Part shown: in pieces, positions 1 to 9,518 of the stretch
Numbering within the stretch: the stretch's first letter is position 1
How the letters are laid out: the number at the start of each line of letters is the position of its first letter
IMG/VR virus record: IMGVR_UViG_3300049436_000041
Span: 1 to 41,787 of that record
From: a virus
Lineage: Duplodnaviria > Caudoviricetes
Reading direction: 5' to 3' (one strand)
DNA length: 41,787 nt
Notes under the pieces: model-generated
Seen by the model: only the letters and a program-made list of their open reading frames with translations
The model's database searches: none
What the model was told of the DNA's origin: nothing
Program-made: the position numbers and the translations under genes

Positions 1-2
1 CC

Positions 3-1181
3 CTATGAAAGTTGCACTGCCATATAATCTATTTTGCTGGTGCGGAAAACATTTTGCACCACTAACCATGGGATGCCATTCTGGCGGATAATATTTTCTG
101 CCGTGTTTGCATGCCCGGAAACCCAGCCCACGCCATCCAATTCACCCCAGATATTTGCCGGGCTTGTTTCCCGCAGGGCATAAGGGAAAATAGGGTAGCT
201 TCCATCCAGCCCGGCGCGCAGATCCGTGCCCACTGAATAGTAAGGCACCCATAGGCCGCCGTATGGGTCAATATTGGTATCAAAATAGCTGTAGGCACTC
301 CAAACGCCATCGGGCCTGCGCAGCCTGGCGCTATAGCTATCCGGCAGCGTGTCAGAATCCTTATGATTTGCCTTGCAGAATAAAGCTGCATTATCTTCTG
401 TCACACTCCAGCGCCAGGCCGTGGAATCCTGCGCGGGCTCTGAATTGTAAGCCAGGCTGCCACCTATAAAAAGCGGGTATGGATGGCTATTTCCATCCAT
501 ATAAGGCGTAATCAATCCCAGATAGGCCGCCATATAATATGTTGAATTTTTCACAATGATAATGCACCTGCGCCCGTTTGCAATAAACCAGTATGGGATA
601 TCTCCCACCCGCAGCAGTTGCATGAAAGGCCCTTTTGAAGTCATACAGCCACTTTGATGCCTAAAATCAAGCCCGGCATTGTATGAAGTAAAGCCATTCA
701 GGCGCAGCCCGTCATAATCTCCGGTAACATCGCTTTTCCTGCGCGCCGCCACATAGATTTCACTCAAATCATCATTGCCCGGTGCCATCCAGCAACAATA
801 ATTTGCGTCAAGATTTTCCACTGTGCTGAATCGCTTCTGCACCCATGGCGCTGTGATAACAAATGTTATGGAATCGCCATTTACCCAGGCCACGCCGCCC
901 ACCTGCGCTGTGAAGCTGCAAACGCTGCAGGTGAATAGGGTGCCTGCAGTGCCGGTGCCCAGCGCGCCGGATACACTGCCAGCCACGGAAAAATCAGTGG
1001 CGCTTGAAAATGAAACCGTTATAGTTTCCAGCACGCTGGCTGCAGTTCCCAAAATATTTGCAAGTATTCCATTTCCTGTGGCAGCTGGCACCATATCAAG
1101 CGCATGCCCTTTGGTTAAAAATGCATCTAATTTTTCCAGCAAATCAATAGCGCTGCTTGCAGTGCCAATTTCATAACTCAT
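3..1181 (-). CDS. virion structural (tail) protein following the tape measure
   Basis: 392-aa ORF directly downstream of the TMP. N-terminus (ASSAIDLLEKLDAFL) and C-terminus (GELDGVGWVSG...WLVVQNVFR) resemble the post-TMP structural proteins of D3112/YuA-like siphophage tails. Confidence 0.7.
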   Translation of the reverse strand: MSYEIGTASSAIDLLEKLDAFLTKGHALDMVPAATGNGILANILGTAASVLETITVSFSSATDFSVAGSVSGALGTGTAGTLFTCSVCSFTAQVGGVAWVNGDSITFVITAPWVQKRFSTVENLDANYCCWMAPGNDDLSEIYVAARRKSDVTGDYDGLRLNGFTSYNAGLDFRHQSGCMTSKGPFMQLLRVGDIPYWFIANGRRCIIIVKNSTYYMAAYLGLITPYMDGNSHPYPLFIGGSLAYNSEPAQDSTAWRWSVTEDNAALFCKANHKDSDTLPDSYSARLRRPDGVWSAYSYFDTNIDPYGGLWVPYYSVGTDLRAGLDGSYPIFPYALRETSPANIWGELDGVGWVSGHANTAENIIRQNGIPWLVVQNVFRTSKIDYMAVQLS

Positions 1182-1182
1182 A

Positions 1183-4089
1183 TTATCCCCCTATTGCATT
1201 TTTCATTGCCTTCTGGTTAGCCTGGGCCGTGCGCACAAAAACCCGGCTGAATTCTGGCGAAGCTTCAATGCGTTTAAGCAGCAGGCCTTCATCCAATCCC
1301 AGCACGGCAGTAAGGCCTGCCATACTGCTGCCGCCTTGCCGGGCATCCACCAGGCCGCCATCGGCAAACCTGCTGCCACCCCTGCGCACCGTGCCCCTGG
1401 TTACATCAAGGCCGCGCACCATGCCCAAAATTGACGGGTCACCAGAATTTAATCTGGCCAGGAAGGAAAGCACGCCGGGCATTTTAACAATTTTGGCCCT
1501 GGTAACATGCTCATAATTGGAAAGGCGCGCCGGTATACTATCGCTGGTGCCACTTCCAGGCCCCAGCACCAGGCCGCCAGTTGCCACTGATACAGCGCCG
1601 CCGCCGCCACCTGCGCCGCCTGCGCCGCCACCTGCGCCGCCCAATAGGCCGCCCATCATTTTTTGTATTAACAAAGTGGCCAGCATTTGCGCTGCGATCT
1701 GCCGCAGGGATTGCACCACGCTTAGTGCCAGGCCGCGCATAGCATCGCCAAAGTTTTCAGCCTGGTCAATTCCGCTGGTCAAAAAGTTTGTTAAGTCTGA
1801 AGTCAGCGCGCCTTGTACGTCCTGTTTAAACGCTGCCATTCCCATGCCAGCTTTGTTTGTGGAATCCGCCAGGCCTTGCAGCTGGACCTGAAAGTCTGCC
1901 ACGGCCTGGCGCTGTTCATCAGTTATGGCGCTGGCCTGCATGGCCGCTGCGATCTGCCATAAAATGGGCAGCCTTTCCAGTTCAAGCTGGCGCATTTCCT
2001 CTTCAGCCTGAAAAGTCATAGTCTGGCCACTTTCCACCCGGCGCTGGATTTCCTGCCGCGCCTTATCCAGATCCTGCAGCGCCTGCAGCCCTTTTTGTTT
2101 TTCAGCATTGAAGGCCGTTTCTTCTATTTTGCTTTGGAAGTCCTTTGCAGCTTGCACCTGTTCATCAGTTATGGCGCTGGCAGCCATAAGCCCTGCTATC
2201 TGCCGCAGTGTGGGCAGGCGCTGCGCTTCCAAGTTTGATATTTCCTGAAGCCTTTCATATTCGGAAAGCTGGCCCTGCTGTGCTTGCCGGTTAATATCTA
2301 GTTTTTCGTTGCCCAGGTTCCTGATTGCCTTTTCGCCATCATCCTGCAGTTTTGAAAAATCAATTTCCTGATTTCCAGCCTGGCGGAAAGCCTGCACGCG
2401 CTGCTGCCTTTGATCTGGTGCCATTCCCTGCTTTCTCAATAAATCATCCAGGGCCGCCGCCTGCGCTTCAATATCTGCCCGCGCCGCGCTGAATCTATCC
2501 GCCTGCACTTTCTGGATTTTCTTTTCAAACTCCAGGGCCTTTTGCTGCAGGTCTGCCATTTCCTTTGCACGGTCACTTTCCAGCGCTTTCAGCGTGGCTG
2601 CATTTTCCATCACCTTGCTTTGATATTCAGCAGTGGCGCGCACAATTTGCGCTTGCCTTTCATCCCTTATTTCATCCTTGCCCAGGGGTGCGCTTTGCAG
2701 TTTTTCTATTTTATCGTAAAGGGCTTTTTCTTCCTCGCGCGCCTGCTGCAGCGTTAATTTCATCCGGGCCTGGTAGTATTCTTCCAGTGAAGTTATTCCC
2801 TTTTCATACTTCTCTTTTTCCTCGGCTTCCAGCTGCTTTAATTCCGCGCCAGCCAGTTTTGCGCGGGCATCAATCTGTGCCTCTGATAAATCCAGGGCCG
2901 CCTTGCGCTGCTTTTCCTTTAGCCTTTCCATTTCCTTGGCCAGGCTTTCATTGTCGCTTTCATCCTTATCGCGTTTTAATTTCTTCAGCGGCTTTTCCTG
3001 TGAAGGCCCCCATAAAGCTTTTTGCGCGTTCTGAAATTTTGTATTAATCACTTCATCCAGTGCGCTTGAATCGCGGATGATATCCTGCTTGAATTGCTCC
3101 CAGCCTGCCTTAAATTTTCCTTTTAGGAAATTGCCAATTAATTCATAGCTGCGCTGGGCCAGGCTGGAAACCCTGCCCAGAATGAAGGCAATGTGAAGGC
3201 CAAGCCTAATGAATCCATCGGCCAATTGCTTTATTACCCAGCCCGCAAACTCACCCAGTTTTCTAAATCCGTCCACGCCATCACCCGTGGCAGCTTCCGC
3301 CACAGTTTCAAGTGCTGATGCAATCTCAGGGGCAAACCCAGCAGTGAATTGCGTGGCCATGCCCTGCGCTATGCTTTCCATGTCTGTGATGGCATCATTA
3401 GCACGCTGGGCCGCTGCGGCCAGATCCGTATCAATAACCAGGCCCAAACGCTGGGCCTTTTTCCTTAACTCTTCAAATCCTCCATTAGCCAAATCATCCA
3501 CCAGCGGCAGCAGATCCGCGCCGGTTTTTCCAAAATAAGCCATGGCCGCGCCAGTGCGCTTTGCGCCAGGCTCAAGTTTCCCCAGGGCATCAATAATTTT
3601 TAGCAGCCTTTCATCCATCGGCATATTTTCTAGCGCCGTGGTGCTGCCTAATAAATTGGCTGTGGCTTGGCGCGCATCCTTTGCGCCTTTGTCGTAATCA
3701 TCCATGGCCCTGGTGAATTTAATCATAGATTTTGCCAGGGTTTCCTGTTCTACATCAGCAGTGCGTGATGCAAAAGCCAAAGTTGACAGGGTTTCCACAG
3801 TAATGCCGGTTTTCTGATACAGTTTTCCAAGCCCGTCAGCGGTATCCAGGGCCGTTTTAGTCATTGCTGTCAAGCCCGTAATAATGCCCGCCACTGAAAT
3901 TGCCGGTATTATGGCCTTCAGGCCGCCCAGTGAATTAACCAGGCTATTAATGCCGCCTGCGCCAGCGCCTGCAGACCTTTTTGCCTTATCTGATTCATCC
4001 TGCACGCGCTTGAATGCCGCTATTACTTCCGCTGTGCCTTCCGCGCTCAATCTCACCCGCACATCAGGTGCCTGGTTATTTGCCATCAT
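1183..4089 (-). CDS. tail tape measure protein
   Basis: 968 aa, Ala/Gln/Lys-rich and helical. C-terminal ATGGLVLGPGSGTSDSIPARLSNYEHV motif is typical of lambda-like TMPs. Lies after the tail chaperone genes. Confidence 0.92.
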   Translation of the reverse strand: MMANNQAPDVRVRLSAEGTAEVIAAFKRVQDESDKAKRSAGAGAGGINSLVNSLGGLKAIIPAISVAGIITGLTAMTKTALDTADGLGKLYQKTGITVETLSTLAFASRTADVEQETLAKSMIKFTRAMDDYDKGAKDARQATANLLGSTTALENMPMDERLLKIIDALGKLEPGAKRTGAAMAYFGKTGADLLPLVDDLANGGFEELRKKAQRLGLVIDTDLAAAAQRANDAITDMESIAQGMATQFTAGFAPEIASALETVAEAATGDGVDGFRKLGEFAGWVIKQLADGFIRLGLHIAFILGRVSSLAQRSYELIGNFLKGKFKAGWEQFKQDIIRDSSALDEVINTKFQNAQKALWGPSQEKPLKKLKRDKDESDNESLAKEMERLKEKQRKAALDLSEAQIDARAKLAGAELKQLEAEEKEKYEKGITSLEEYYQARMKLTLQQAREEEKALYDKIEKLQSAPLGKDEIRDERQAQIVRATAEYQSKVMENAATLKALESDRAKEMADLQQKALEFEKKIQKVQADRFSAARADIEAQAAALDDLLRKQGMAPDQRQQRVQAFRQAGNQEIDFSKLQDDGEKAIRNLGNEKLDINRQAQQGQLSEYERLQEISNLEAQRLPTLRQIAGLMAASAITDEQVQAAKDFQSKIEETAFNAEKQKGLQALQDLDKARQEIQRRVESGQTMTFQAEEEMRQLELERLPILWQIAAAMQASAITDEQRQAVADFQVQLQGLADSTNKAGMGMAAFKQDVQGALTSDLTNFLTSGIDQAENFGDAMRGLALSVVQSLRQIAAQMLATLLIQKMMGGLLGGAGGGAGGAGGGGGAVSVATGGLVLGPGSGTSDSIPARLSNYEHVTRAKIVKMPGVLSFLARLNSGDPSILGMVRGLDVTRGTVRRGGSRFADGGLVDARQGGSSMAGLTAVLGLDEGLLLKRIEASPEFSRVFVRTAQANQKAMKNAIGG

Positions 4090-4096
4090 TCACCCC

Positions 4097-4444
4097 TTAA
4101 TCCTGCAGGATATCTGGCAGGCGTGGCGGCTTTTCCTTGCTTCCAGCCTGTGCCCTTATATTCCAGCTGATATATTCCACAATATAGCCCTGCTGCGCAT
4201 CCTGCTTTAATTTTTCCTCGAAGGCCACCAGCGCTTCAGCCAGCGGCCACCTGAAAACATCCTGATATTTTTCTATTTTGAATTCAGCCAGGGTGCGCAC
4301 CAGGTCACCCCATTGCCCAAAATCTTCTAAGAATTCGGCGCGCTGTTCTGCTTTTCGGGCTGCGCGCCGCTGCCTTCCATCGTCGCTTCCTTTGTTAAAG
4401 CATTTTGGGAAACATTCAAAAAGCGCAGCCCTTGCTGAAAAAAA
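4097..4444 (-). CDS. tail assembly chaperone, -1 frameshift extension (gpT-like part of gpGT)
   Basis: The -1 frame opens right after a TGA at the T TTT TTT run (A7 at 4438-4444 on +). It stays open through the listed ORF 4097..4300. Confidence 0.75.
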   Translation of the reverse strand, partial: FFSARAALFECFPKCFNKGSDDGRQRRAARKAEQRAEFLEDFGQWGDLVRTLAEFKIEKYQDVFRWPLAEALVAFEEKLKQDAQQGYIVEYISWNIRAQAGSKEKPPRLPDILQD

Positions 4445-4794
4445 TCAGTTATCACTGCAATGATAATGGCTTGCACTTTTTCCTTATCCTTCACATCAGT
4501 AAGGTTTCCAAGCCATTGCGCTGTGGCTTCCGCCATTTCCGGGCACCAGTCCTTGTCTTTTTTTTCCTCTGGAATTATCAGGCCGCCAAGCAGCTGCAGT
4601 GGTATTCCGTTTTCGATCACCGCGCCCATTAAGCGCATGGCAAAATCCTCTGCAGATTCGCTTTTATTTGGCGTTATGTTGTGAAGCCCGGAAAGCTTCA
4701 GCTGGCGCATAACATAATAATCATTTTGCAGCGTGGTGCATTTTATGGCCCTATAGCGCAGGCCCTCAAAGGTATAAATTTCTGGATCTTGCAT
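4327..4794 (-). CDS. tail assembly chaperone (gpG-like)
   Basis: 155 aa between the major tail gene and TMP, with an AAGGGG RBS and a slippery heptamer near the 3' end. Confidence 0.8.
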   Translation of the reverse strand: MQDPEIYTFEGLRYRAIKCTTLQNDYYVMRQLKLSGLHNITPNKSESAEDFAMRLMGAVIENGIPLQLLGGLIIPEEKKDKDWCPEMAEATAQWLGNLTDVKDKEKVQAIIIAVITDFFQQGLRFLNVSQNALTKEATMEGSGAQPEKQNSAPNS

Positions 4795-4848
4795 GATTCC
4801 CCTTTCAAATTTTTATTATTTTCTATTGCTGGCGCTGCCGGTGCGCCT

Positions 4849-4886
4849 AAAAAAAAGGGGCAGCGGGTATGGTGCCCAGCTGCCCC
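4849..4886 (-). terminator. intrinsic terminator after the major tail gene
   Basis: GGGGCAGC...GCTGCCCC stem followed by a run of 8 T on the minus strand. Confidence 0.8.
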
Positions 4887-4913
4887 GCAGGGTAAAGGCC
4901 CAGGCCCTAAAGG

Positions 4914-5732
4914 TTAGGATGCCTTCAGCTTCACAATTCTAAAGTATTGTTCGCCCACTGCCTTTGAAGTATCGGCATATACTTTGCCCTTTAGATTAAA
5001 GGTGCCAAAATCTTCAGTGATAAGGCCCAGCGCGCCATCCGGGTTAAGCCCGCACAGCCAAACATCAACGGCCACGCGCGGCCCCATGGTTTGATTAGGC
5101 GCACTAACATATTTGACATGGCCACGAATGCTGCTTGTGGAAAGCGCCTGCACCGTCCATCTATCATCTGCTGCTGCAATTTCAGGCACGCTTCCAGACC
5201 AAGTTATCAGAGTGCCAGCCACGGCTTTGTTAGTGCCCGTGTAGCTGGAATTCAAGCGGATAAGCCCGGCTGCCAGGTCTAAAGTGTATGCCGATGCATT
5301 CAGCGTGGTGGCCCCTTGTTTCACAGCAGATACGGTTACATCATACGCGCCGATTTCATACCATTTATCAAGCTGCACATCACCAGCAGTGGCTGGCCCC
5401 ACTGCCCTATCAGTTACAGTGGCCACTGCTGCCTGTGTCAGCACTGTATCCGCGCCGATCACTGCCAGTGCAATATTTTCCTTGGTGAATTCAGTGATTG
5501 CCATATTCAGTTCTGCGCTGCTGCCAATGGGCACTTCAGCATAGGTGGCCCGCAGTCCATCCATGGCATTCTTTTTTTCCTTTACTTCCACGCTTGTGGT
5601 TATTTCAAACGTATCCACATTGCCCAGGTGGCGCAGCCCGGTGCTATTTCCATTCGCATCAAACCTATCAAAATAAACGCTGCCCGCGCCCAGGTACAGA
5701 TTTTGCGCATTAGGTGCCAATCCCATTTTCAT
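4914..5732 (-). CDS. major tail (tube) protein
   Basis: 272 aa. NLYLGAGSVYF...LRHLGNV N-terminus and LNPDGALGLITEDFGTFNLKGKV C-terminus fit siphophage tail tube proteins. GGAGG RBS and position also fit. Confidence 0.8.
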   Translation of the reverse strand: MKMGLAPNAQNLYLGAGSVYFDRFDANGNSTGLRHLGNVDTFEITTSVEVKEKKNAMDGLRATYAEVPIGSSAELNMAITEFTKENIALAVIGADTVLTQAAVATVTDRAVGPATAGDVQLDKWYEIGAYDVTVSAVKQGATTLNASAYTLDLAAGLIRLNSSYTGTNKAVAGTLITWSGSVPEIAAADDRWTVQALSTSSIRGHVKYVSAPNQTMGPRVAVDVWLCGLNPDGALGLITEDFGTFNLKGKVYADTSKAVGEQYFRIVKLKAS

Positions 5733-5742
5733 TTCCTCCAGT

Positions 5743-6561
5743 TTATCTAGTTAGAATTGCACAGCCCGCTGCCCCTATTAGGCTGCCGATGGCCGCGCCT
5801 TTACTGCCTTTTTCTGCCCCTATGGCCGCGCCGCCCGCGCCACATGCGCCAATTGCAAAACCACGCAATAAACGCTTTGCAGTGCTGCCACCTTTTGCAG
5901 TTTCGCGCCACTTTTTGCGGTCTAATTCTAAAGCCTGCACCTGGGCGCGAAAGTCTTTGATATCAGCCAGGCATCCACCTAATTCACTTTTGCACTGCTG
6001 CCCCTCTTGCACGGCAATTGCAGTTTTGATGGCTGCCTGTTCTGTTTGCAAAACATAATTTTCAGTTTCCGGCGCTGCCGGTGCCGCCTGGGCCTGTTCA
6101 TTGGCCACCTGGGCTTCCGGCGCGATCTGCGCGGCCTGCTGGCCCGGCGCACCCTGGGGTTTTTCAGCGCCAGGCTGCCCGCTGAATATTTCAGGGCTTA
6201 TCTGTGCTGCCGGAATTACTACAGTTTGCCCAGTGGTGCCGGGCACATATTTTGTAATTATTTTAATGGCTGCGGCTGCGCTTTTGATCTGCTGCCGCTC
6301 TGCATTCCATTGCCTGCGCGCTGCTTCCATTTCCACCTGGCGCTTTGCAATATCATTTTTTGCCCTGTCAATAATCTGCTGCTGGGCGCTGCTGAATGCC
6401 TGGGCTTCCGCCATTCGCGCCGCCTGGCGCTTGTGGGCCGTGTAAAAAGCCACACCTATTGCAAGAATAATAATTGCCTGCACTGCGCAAACTTTCTGCA
6501 GGGTGCGCGCGGTTAATACTTCACTGATGGCCTGCTTAATTCCATCCTTTGAAAGTTCCAA
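5743..6561 (-). CDS. membrane-anchored coiled-coil protein with C-terminal glycine-zipper helix (spanin-like candidate)
   Basis: Probable TTG start at 6561 after a GGGGG RBS, just past the stop of the upstream gene. N-terminal TM (VCAVQAIIILAIGVAFY), two coiled-coil segments, hydrophobic Gly-rich C-terminus. Confidence 0.55.
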   Translation of the reverse strand: MELSKDGIKQAISEVLTARTLQKVCAVQAIIILAIGVAFYTAHKRQAARMAEAQAFSSAQQQIIDRAKNDIAKRQVEMEAARRQWNAERQQIKSAAAAIKIITKYVPGTTGQTVVIPAAQISPEIFSGQPGAEKPQGAPGQQAAQIAPEAQVANEQAQAAPAAPETENYVLQTEQAAIKTAIAVQEGQQCKSELGGCLADIKDFRAQVQALELDRKKWRETAKGGSTAKRLLRGFAIGACGAGGAAIGAEKGSKGAAIGSLIGAAGCAILTR

Positions 6562-6571
6562 AATTTCCCCC

Positions 6572-7024
6572 TTATTTTTCCAGGGATTTTTTTGCCCTGG
6601 AATATTCCACCAGGATTTCAATAAGCGCCTGGCTATAATCGGCCTGGGCATCCTGCGCTTCCGCCCATTCCGTAGTGCCTTCATTCACATCCAGTGCCAG
6701 GCCGCCCAGGCTTTCATCCTTCATAATTTGGGATATTGCCCAGGCGCGCAGCACTTCGTTATCCAGATCCGTGCCAGCGCAGCGGCATTCCACCACTAAA
6801 GTAAGAATTCTATGGGCACCCAGAAAGCCCCTATTCCGTTGTGTATTATCTGGCTTTGGGTTATCGGCCAGCGGAAAAACTGCGGCCCTTTTAAAGGTTT
6901 TGCCGCCCGGTGCCGATTTAATTCTGGATGCTGTTACCTCCAGGCCAGTGGGCTTTCCTGTGGCATTCAGCAGGGCCGCCACGGCTTCCACAATATCTTT
7001 AACCAGTGTATCAGCCATGCTCAT
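6572..7024 (-). CDS. tail terminator / tail completion protein
   Basis: 150 aa. DESLGGLALDVNE motif and position between head-closure and tail tube genes. Confidence 0.65.
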   Translation of the reverse strand: MSMADTLVKDIVEAVAALLNATGKPTGLEVTASRIKSAPGGKTFKRAAVFPLADNPKPDNTQRNRGFLGAHRILTLVVECRCAGTDLDNEVLRAWAISQIMKDESLGGLALDVNEGTTEWAEAQDAQADYSQALIEILVEYSRAKKSLEK

Positions 7025-7335
7025 ACCCTCTGCAGTAACAGTTCAAGCAGCGCGCCTGCGGGCACTACCTCCAGCACGGTATAGGATTGACTCCATACTG
7101 ATGCCTCAGATACTGCGGCAGTATCGCCTTGTTTAATGTTCGGGAAGTGCTCCCGCTTAACCGTGGCCACTTCCACCTGGTGAATAAGTGGCGCGGCAGA
7201 TCCGTCCATTTCTTCTGCCTGCCCGCGCAAGTCGTAAAAGCACTTATGGGAATCCGTTCCCACCGTGATGCTGTGGCGTGAATCCGCCAGCATTACATCC
7301 AAATCAGTGCCTTCATTAGGAAATGAATAAACCAT
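7021..7335 (-). CDS. head-tail joining (head closure, gpFII-like) protein
   Basis: 104-aa beta-rich ORF in the neck position. ATGA overlap with the next gene. Confidence 0.55.
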   Translation of the reverse strand: MVYSFPNEGTDLDVMLADSRHSITVGTDSHKCFYDLRGQAEEMDGSAAPLIHQVEVATVKREHFPNIKQGDTAAVSEASVWSQSYTVLEVVPAGALLELLLQRV

Positions 7336-7349
7336 GCCGCGCCCTTCCT

Positions 7350-7724
7350 CTACTTGCTTGCCGTGGCTTCAGCAATGGCTGCAAGTATATTCTTTTTAGA
7401 TAAGTTGATATCAAGTGCAAGGCCCAGGGCTTCCTGCGCATACTTCACAAGCTGCCCTTTGTTCATTGCATCCAGCGCTATTTCTCCGCCCTGGTTTCCA
7501 TCCGGCGCACCTGCGGGTGCGCTGGCACCTGGTGCACTGCCGCTGCCGTTGCCCGTGTCAGTCATTCCACAGGCTGTGCCTTTGGTAACCACTAAAGATA
7601 GGCTTCCTACTTCCAAACTTCTGGCCGCATCCTCTGGTTCCAAGTCCACTATTTCATTAGGGTTTAAATATTTGATGCCGGGCACAAGGCCCTTAATCAG
7701 CCAATTCACTCTATATTTTGCCAT
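7350..7724 (-). CDS. small head-associated protein with C-terminal HeH/Rho-N-like helix pair (gpFI-position)
   Basis: Likely start MAKYRV at 7724 with an AGGGG RBS. LDAMNKGQLVKYAQEALGLALDINLSKKNILAAI is a Rho-N-like pattern. Follows the capsid gene. Confidence 0.5.
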   Translation of the reverse strand: MAKYRVNWLIKGLVPGIKYLNPNEIVDLEPEDAARSLEVGSLSLVVTKGTACGMTDTGNGSGSAPGASAPAGAPDGNQGGEIALDAMNKGQLVKYAQEALGLALDINLSKKNILAAIAEATASK

Positions 7725-7742
7725 GTTTGCTGCCCCTTTCAT

Positions 7743-7770
7743 GCCGGGCACCGTTTAAACAGTGCCCGGC
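7743..7770. repeat. inverted repeat after the capsid gene with GTTTAAAC in the loop
   Basis: GCCGGGCAC-cgtttaaaca-GTGCCCGGC, with no U-tract on either side. Confidence 0.6.
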
Positions 7771-7783
7771 TGATGATTGCACC

Positions 7784-8713
7784 TTATATGGCATCCTGAA
7801 TGAAATAGCCCAGGTTATCTGCAGCCACTATTTCCGCCACAGATTCACCCACGCGCACCCGCTGGCCGCCGCGCATGCCGATATCAGGATCTGGAATGCT
7901 TCCGGCTACTCTATCACCCCACTGGGCTGTATAACCGAAGGAAACCCGGTCATTAACCCCTGCAAGGCTATCACGATAAATCAAGCTGCAGTGATTGCCC
8001 CATACGCGGGCCAGGGTAGCAGCCTGCCCTTTCTTGGCGCTATTCACCCAGGCCTGGCCCACTAGCACTTCCTCAAGTTCAAACAAGTCTCGAAGGAAAG
8101 CTAGGGGCACTATGCCAGTATCGCCCGTTGTGCCGTTGTAGGCCTTCAGGATGCGCGGGTGCCTGCGCAGCGCGCTGGCCACTGCGTTGCCCAGTACCAT
8201 GATATTTGCGCGCATAACCATGGAATCAAGCCCGGTCATAATATCTTCAATCGGGTCTGATGCCGTTTGCGCGTATTCATTCCATTGGTCATTACCTGTT
8301 AGCTGTACTTTGTTTGCCGTGGCATAACTGCCCGCAGCAAAAACAAGATTTGCACAGCGGATTTCCCTATCAAGGGCAATCAGGTCTGTCAAACTTTCCG
8401 TGGCCTTGCCTTCCGGGTCATATCCCTGTGGCGCGTTTTCAATATCCGCGTTAGGAATAGGATCGTCAAGCGCATAGTCTTTGGTGCTGCCTTCCACTTC
8501 CGTGAAGCCAAATTCTATTTGGCCCGGCTTGCCGGTGCGGCCCACTTTTGTATCAGGCACTGTGAAGCCATCCTGCAGTGCAAACTTGCGATATTTGAAC
8601 ACCTGGGCACTAACAGGCACGCGCGGCAGAACCGCGTCACCTATCAGCCTGGCATTTCTATAGGCAATCGCAATGGCCGTTAAAACTGGTGTTATTGGAA
8701 AAGGTGCTTTCAC
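7784..8713 (-). CDS. major capsid protein
   Basis: 309 aa, GTG start with GGAGG RBS. PVLTAIAIAYRN...PRVPV and LFELEEVLVG motifs fit lambda-E-like capsid proteins. Follows the protease and decoration genes. Confidence 0.88.
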   Translation of the reverse strand: MKAPFPITPVLTAIAIAYRNARLIGDAVLPRVPVSAQVFKYRKFALQDGFTVPDTKVGRTGKPGQIEFGFTEVEGSTKDYALDDPIPNADIENAPQGYDPEGKATESLTDLIALDREIRCANLVFAAGSYATANKVQLTGNDQWNEYAQTASDPIEDIMTGLDSMVMRANIMVLGNAVASALRRHPRILKAYNGTTGDTGIVPLAFLRDLFELEEVLVGQAWVNSAKKGQAATLARVWGNHCSLIYRDSLAGVNDRVSFGYTAQWGDRVAGSIPDPDIGMRGGQRVRVGESVAEIVAADNLGYFIQDAI

Positions 8714-8759
8714 CGCTTTTTCCTCCGTAAAATTGTTTATGGTTTCCTGGCCGCTGCAA

Positions 8760-9443
8760 TTAGCCCAGGGTTACATTGCGCAAAGTTGTGGTATACCACT
8801 TGCCCTGATATGCCACGATTTCCATTGAATCACCTGCAGCCCCACCAAATGTGGCCACATCGCCGCTGCTGCCTGCTCCGTTGAAGCCATCACTGGCCTG
8901 GGTTACGGTATGCGCAGCTGCAGTGCCCGCAATAATCCGCACCACTTTGCCATCATCCGTGGTGGCAGTTGGCGCTGCAATTGTAAGGGCTGCTGCTGTG
9001 GCTTTTGTGATAATAACCACGCCGCGTTTTGCTGTAATAGCTCCATCAACCGCAGCCACCACGGCCACTTCCTGCACGCCAGCGGAAACGGTTAAGCTGC
9101 CAAAGGTTAGCAGGGCCGGAATAATATCGCCGGAAACGCCGGAAACCAGGGCCTTTGCTCCAAAGTTTCCAGATACTGAAAGGGCAATGCCCTTGCCGTT
9201 TGAATCGCTGGTAAGAAAATCGCCACGGGTTACACTGCCACCCAGTAAAATGAAAGCAATTCCGCAGTGGATCACATCGCATCTTTCCCCACTATCCACG
9301 GCAATATTGCTGGAAACGCCGAAAAGCGCATCAGAATTAGCAGCAGCTTTAAGTACGCCGCCATCCGCCGCGCCCGGCTTACAGAATAGATTCGCGCCTA
9401 TGGCTGCCTCGGCATCATAGGTTTTTATCAATTCAGGATTCAT
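8760..9443 (-). CDS. capsid cement/decoration protein (DUF2190-like) with C-terminal extension
   Basis: GGSVTRGDFLTSDSNGKGI...GAKALVSGVSGDIIPAL pattern. Lies between protease and capsid genes, with about 110 extra beta-rich residues. Confidence 0.7.
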   Translation of the reverse strand: MNPELIKTYDAEAAIGANLFCKPGAADGGVLKAAANSDALFGVSSNIAVDSGERCDVIHCGIAFILLGGSVTRGDFLTSDSNGKGIALSVSGNFGAKALVSGVSGDIIPALLTFGSLTVSAGVQEVAVVAAVDGAITAKRGVVIITKATAAALTIAAPTATTDDGKVVRIIAGTAAAHTVTQASDGFNGAGSSGDVATFGGAAGDSMEIVAYQGKWYTTTLRNVTLG

Positions 9444-9518
9444 TGAGTTATCACCTTTCTTATTTGCCCGTGCCAGGCACAGGCGGATTTTTGAAACGTA
9501 CTAGGAAAAGGCGCGCGC

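Noticed and set aside
1594-1641. GC-rich short tandem repeat
   Set aside because: It encodes a Gly/Ala linker in the tape measure protein and has no independent significance.
6562-6684. N-terminal extension of the listed 313-aa ORF
   Set aside because: It overlaps the tail terminator gene, and an RBS with a TTG start lies right after that gene's stop.
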